Below, piece by piece: positions 62,821 through 64,000 of a stretch of DNA of 64,000 nt; the stretch's first letter is position 1; every line of letters starts with the position of its first letter. Source of the DNA: Malacoraja senta (lineage: Eukaryota). A model generated the notes under the pieces. That model was not told where the DNA came from. It did no database searches and saw nothing but the letters and a program-made list of their open reading frames with translations. The stretch covers positions 4,404,001 through 4,468,000 of the forward strand of contig CM075995.1 of assembly GCA_038087875.1 (NCBI GenBank). Direction: 5' to 3'. The position numbers and the translations under genes are program-made.

Positions 62821-64000
62821 TTGGTTGTTTGCTAACCAGTCAGCGGAAAGACAATACATGATTACAATCGAGCCATTCACGGTGTATAAATACATGATAA
62901 GGGAATGACGTTTAGTTGAAGGTAAAGCCAGCAAAGTACCTACACCAAGTTAAAAAATGGGCGGCACATGGCACTGCGGTAGAGTTGCTGCCTTACAGCG
63001 GCAGAGACCCAGGTTCGATCCTGACTACGGGTGCTGTCTGTACAGAGTTTGTACGTTCTCCCTGTGATGGCATGGGTTTTCTCTGGGTGCTCCAGATTCT
63101 TCCCACGCACCAAAGACGTACATGTTTGTAGGTTAATTGGCTTCTGTAAATTTTCCCTAGTATCTAGGTTACTGCTAGTGTACGGGGGTAATCGCTGGTC
63201 AGCGTGGACTCGTTGGGCTGAAGGGCCTATTTCCATGCTATATCTTAAGTCTAAAAAGTCATGAGAGTAGAATTAGGCCATTTCGCCCATCAAGTCTACT
63301 CCGCCATTCAATTATGGCTGATCTATCTTTCCCTCTCAACCCCATTCTCCTGTCTTCTCCCAGTAAACTTTGACGCCTTTAGTGATCTAGAAATCACATT
63401 TACTAATCCCATTTACCTGCATTAGGTCCATATTCTTATATGCCCTTGGCATTTAAATACTAGTTTGGACGCTTCTCAAAAATCATAAGAGTATCTGCCT
63501 CCACAGGCTCCACTGCCTTCAGGCAACATATTTCAGACTCCAACCACCGTGTGAAAAGAGTCCCCTTCTGATCTATTTTTTGGTTGTGTATATAACTTTG
63601 CCCTTGTCTCTCTTCCAACCCATTAATCTATATGTACTAAACGTTATTCCCTTCATCATGTATCTGGACACTGTGGGCGGCTTGATTGTGATCATGTAGT
63701 CATAGAGTGATACAGTGTGGATTCAGACCCTTTGGCCCAACTTGCCCACAGTGGCCAACATGTCCCATCTACACGAGTCCCACCTGCCCATGTTTGATCC
63801 ATATCCCTCCAAACCTGTCCTATCCACTATCTTGGCCATTAGACTATACTATGGACATCAAGATGAGTCCCAATCAATTGAACTGTCCCTCTCCGTTACA
63901 CAAATGGCAATCTAAATTCTCTCTGGTAGGATTGGAAGATGGTAATGGCACTACCTGTAGAAGACTACAAGAGATGTGTGTTGTGATCCACAGGTCATGC

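Overview
Eukaryotic, repeat-rich vertebrate DNA, most likely from a cartilaginous fish (skate or ray), inferred from abundant HE1/V-SINE-type SINEs and CR1/HER1-type LINEs. Two spliced genes lie head-to-head, as in mammals. DCDC2 is on the minus strand (coding exons 1-2 at 21036-20750 and 13847-13796; no further exon recognised, so the rest probably lies left of the window). MRS2, the mitochondrial Mg2+ channel, is on the plus strand (exons 1-8 from 39150 to 62069, continuing right). Most other sequence is transposon-derived: CR1, Rex1/Babar, RTE and Penelope retroelements, SINEs, a Gypsy integrase fragment, a near-intact DD34E Tc1 element, Harbinger-type MITEs and hAT/P-like elements. Most ORF-track entries are shadows of these repeats. 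The most unusual structures are: (1) two non-coding Helitron-like elements that carry a TATA/Inr core promoter followed by different minisatellites, both inserted within 10 bp of the same CR1 position; (2) many Penelope-derived palindromic units with a minimal hammerhead ribozyme core; (3) 26-28 bp palindromic insertions with 8-bp target duplications; (4) an orphan histone H1 fragment. Repeat boundaries are approximate unless termini are quoted, and family names come from motif recognition, not database searches.
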